Below, one piece after another: positions 61,305 through 64,000 of a DNA stretch of 64,000 bases. The number at the start of each line of letters is the position of its first letter. Positions within the stretch are counted from its first letter, which is position 1. The notes beneath the pieces are model-generated. The model was not told where the DNA came from. It saw only the letters and a program-made list of their open reading frames with translations, and searched no databases. Location: the NCBI RefSeq assembly GCF_006345805.1, contig NC_043025.1, forward strand, positions 4,774,001 to 4,838,000. The letters run 5' to 3'. The position numbers and the translations under genes are program-made. The DNA is from Octopus sinensis (lineage: Eukaryota).

Positions 61305-61688
61305 TGGAGGCGCAATGGCCCAGTGGTTAGGGCAGCGGACTCGCGGTCATAGGATCGCGGTTTCGATTCCCAGACTGGACGTTGTGAGTGTTTATTGAGC
61401 GAAAACACCTAAAAGCTCCACGAGGCTCCAGCAGGGGATGGTGGTGAACCCTGCTGTACTCTTTCACCACAACTTTCTCTCACTCTTACTTCCTGTTTCT
61501 GTTGTACCTGTATTTCAAAGGGCCGGCCTTGTCACTCTCTGTGTCACGCTGAATATCCCCGAGAACTACGTTAACAGTACACGTGTCTGTGGAGTGCTCA
61601 GCCACTTACACGTTAATTTCACGAGCAGGCTGTTCCGTTGATTCGGATCAACCAGAACCCTCGTCGTCGTAACCGACGGAGTGCTTCC
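61305..61688 (+). mobile_element. SINE family C, full length (third tail type)
   Basis: gtggaggcgcaatggcccagtggttagggcagcggactcgcgg...cgtaaccgacggagtgcttcc. Confidence 0.9.
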
Positions 61689-61699
61689 TCCTCTCATTA

Positions 61700-61749
<50 letters not shown>

Positions 61750-61843
61750 ATTGTTGTTGTTGTTATTGTTTTTGTTATTGTTTTTGTTATTATTATTATT
61801 ATTATTATTACTTACTTACTTACTTACTTTCTTTTCGTTTCAG

Positions 61844-62770
61844 GCAGCGAGCCGGTCGTCACTGGTTTCATCGACACCGTCAGTCAAATGATCAACAGCT
61901 GCTCGACCTCAACGACGAATTGCCCTCAGCATCACCTATAGAAGACGGCATGGCCCTGAAACTGTATAACAAAACACTGCTGTCGACGCCAGACAGGGAC
62001 CAAAATGTGTACTGGGCCGACTTTGAATATTCAAATTTCAGTGAGGGCAAGAGGAAGTTCATCTTCTTGGGGGTCTGAATGGTAAAGGCCCCAGGAAGGG
62101 AGAATTGTGTTCTATTAAGACATTCAAGGACCGAATAGGTGACTACGAAGACTGGCGGAAGGAGATTATGAAATGCAAGCAGGCGAACGATTTGGCCCAA
62201 CAGTTTAACCTGTGCTCAGCTGACGAACGTAAGATCTTTTTTGAGGTGCCCATCATTGCTGAAATGGATATGCTGTCGCACTGCACCCAGCTGATACAGA
62301 AGGTGACCCGCAAGAAGATCTTCGTCCTTGAAGAATGCATTGCTATCGAACCGTTCCTAAAAGGAAGCTTCCAGAAATTTAGCAGTACTTACTCATCGTA
62401 TTACACGTGTAATGGCGGGGGTGATGGTGCCGACATCACGGCACCAACAGCGAACTATAACGGCACCGGCTATGGAAAACACACGAAGGGCAAAAGTACT
62501 AACACAACCAACACATATGCAAACAATTTGGCTTTTGTCGAAGCTTTTTCGCATTACACCTACTGGTATACAAAGGGTCGCATGGTGGTTGATGACCTAC
62601 AGGGCGTCATACAGGACACGAATCATTTCCGGTTGACCGATCCATCGATACACTCGGTCAAGCTCTCATACGGACCAACAGACAGTGGTCAAAACGGCAT
62701 CACGGCTTTCCTTTCTAAACACAGATGCAACAAGATTTGTGCCAATTGGTTTCTCAATCAACAACATTGA
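61844..62770 (+). CDS. Alpha-kinase (atypical eEF2K/MHCK/vwkA-type) terminal exon, with an apparent 1-nt frameshift at ~62069-62075
   Basis: Acceptor ttcttttcgtttcag. Motifs FSEG.RKFIFLG..NGKGPRKGE.CSIKTFK, IEPFLKGSFQKF, AFSHYTY..TKGRMVVDDLQGV, LTDPSIHS, G.NGI..FL..HRCNKIC (zinc site). TGA at 62768-62770. Confidence 0.9.
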
Positions 62771-62865
62771 TAAAAACGATCACAAAAGTTTAGGATCAGC
62801 CTTCTGATTGGTTGGTAAAAACACACCACTAGTCAACTATTTTACTCCGTATTCTTTCCTCACTT

Positions 62866-63352
62866 TGTTTCAGTCCCTGGACTGTGGCCATGCTGGGGCA
62901 CCGCCTTGAAGGTTTTTAGTTGAACAAATCAACCCCAATATATCTTTTATCTGTTTCAGTCATTGGACTGTGGCCATGCTGGGGCACCACCTTGAAAATT
63001 TTTAGTTGAACAAATCAACCCCAATATATGTTTTATCTGTTTCAGTCATTGGACTGTGGCCATGCTGGGGCACCGCCTTGAAGGTTTTTAGTTGAACAAA
63101 TCAACCCCAATATATCTTTTATCTGTTTCAGTCATTGGACTGTGGCCATGCTGGGGCAGCACCTTGAAGGTTTTTAGTTGAACAAATCAACCCCAATATA
63201 TGTTTTATCTGTTTCAGTCATTGGACTGTGGCCATGCTGGGGCACCGCCTTGAAGGTTTTTAGTTGAACAAATCAACCCCAATATATCTTTTATCTGTTT
63301 CAGTCATTGGACTGTGGCCATGCTGGGGCACCACCTTGAAGGTTTTTAATCG
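62866..63352. repeat. 86-bp tandem repeat x5.6 (SINE-tail derived) with alternating A/B variants
   Basis: tgtttcagt at 62866, 62952, 63038, 63124, 63210 and 63296. Confidence 0.95.
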
Positions 63353-63459
63353 ACTGGCTCCCTCCCCACAAATTTCAGGCCTCTAGTAGAAAAGGATTGA
63401 TATTATTATTAAAGGCCTTATGCCAATAACAGAAAGGATTATTATTATTATTATTATTA

Positions 63460-63675
63460 AAGTAGCGAGCTGGCAGAATCATTAGTATGCTGGACAAAGT
63501 GCTTAGCAGCATTTCCTCTATCTTTAGATTCTGAGTTCAAATTCAACTGAAATCAGCTTTGCCTTTCAATCTTTTCGGGGTTGATAAATTAAGTTACCAG
63601 TTGAACATTGCGGTTGATTTAATTGCCTTACCCCTTATCCCTAAAATCAGGTCTTGTGCTTATAATAGAAAGGGT
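63460..63675 (+). mobile_element. Diverged SINE family B
   Basis: gcgagctggcagaatc..ctgagttcaaattc..gcctttcaatcttttcggggttgataaattaag. Confidence 0.8.
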
Positions 63676-63727
63676 TATTGTTATTACTTTATTATTATCT
63701 TCTTTATTATTATTATTATTATTATTA

Positions 63728-63764
<37 letters not shown>

Positions 63765-63780
63765 CATTATTTTATTATTA

Positions 63781-63831
<51 letters not shown>

Positions 63832-63854
63832 CATTATTATTATTATTATTATTG

Positions 63855-63887
<33 letters not shown>

Positions 63888-63927
63888 TATATATTATTAT
63901 TATTATTATTATATATTATCATCATCA

Positions 63928-63963
<36 letters not shown>

Positions 63964-63965
63964 CA

Positions 63966-64000
<35 letters not shown>
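63676..64000. repeat. (ATT)n microsatellite
   Basis: Direct reading. Confidence 0.99.

Noticed and set aside
62070-62080. A-to-I recoding of the kinase TGA as an explanation for the break
   Set aside because: Editing TGA to TGG removes the stop but not the frame shift, so the downstream kinase motifs stay out of frame.

Overview
AT-rich, repeat-saturated animal genomic DNA. The tRNA-derived SINE families and very long TA/CA/TAA microsatellites resemble an octopus (coleoid cephalopod) genome; this is from recall and not verified. Most ORFs in the supplied track are microsatellite or SINE artefacts. Two probable protein-coding genes stand out. (1) A six-exon minus-strand gene (29223->6401) reconstructed by hand from unique islands with phase-compatible splice sites. 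It encodes a ~302-aa protein with a signal peptide, a Cys-containing ectodomain, a Thr-rich stalk and a C-terminal hydrophobic anchor, and I recognise no family. (2) The terminal exon of a plus-strand alpha-kinase (eEF2K/MHCK/vwkA-type) gene at 61844-62770, with a 1-nt frameshift in a G5 run. The rest is mobile DNA: three tRNA-head SINE families (often multimeric), a (CAT)n-tailed element with internal minisatellites, LINE fragments (CR1/L2, BovB-like RTE, zinc-finger RTE, CRE, Dong/R4), non-autonomous Helitrons including a head-to-tail trimer, TTAA (piggyBac-type) and GGATC-TIR MITEs, and Tc1 and piggyBac transposase remnants. Several TA-flanked Penelope-like remnants carry minimal type-I hammerhead ribozyme motifs. 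There is one 100-N assembly gap at 46372-46471.
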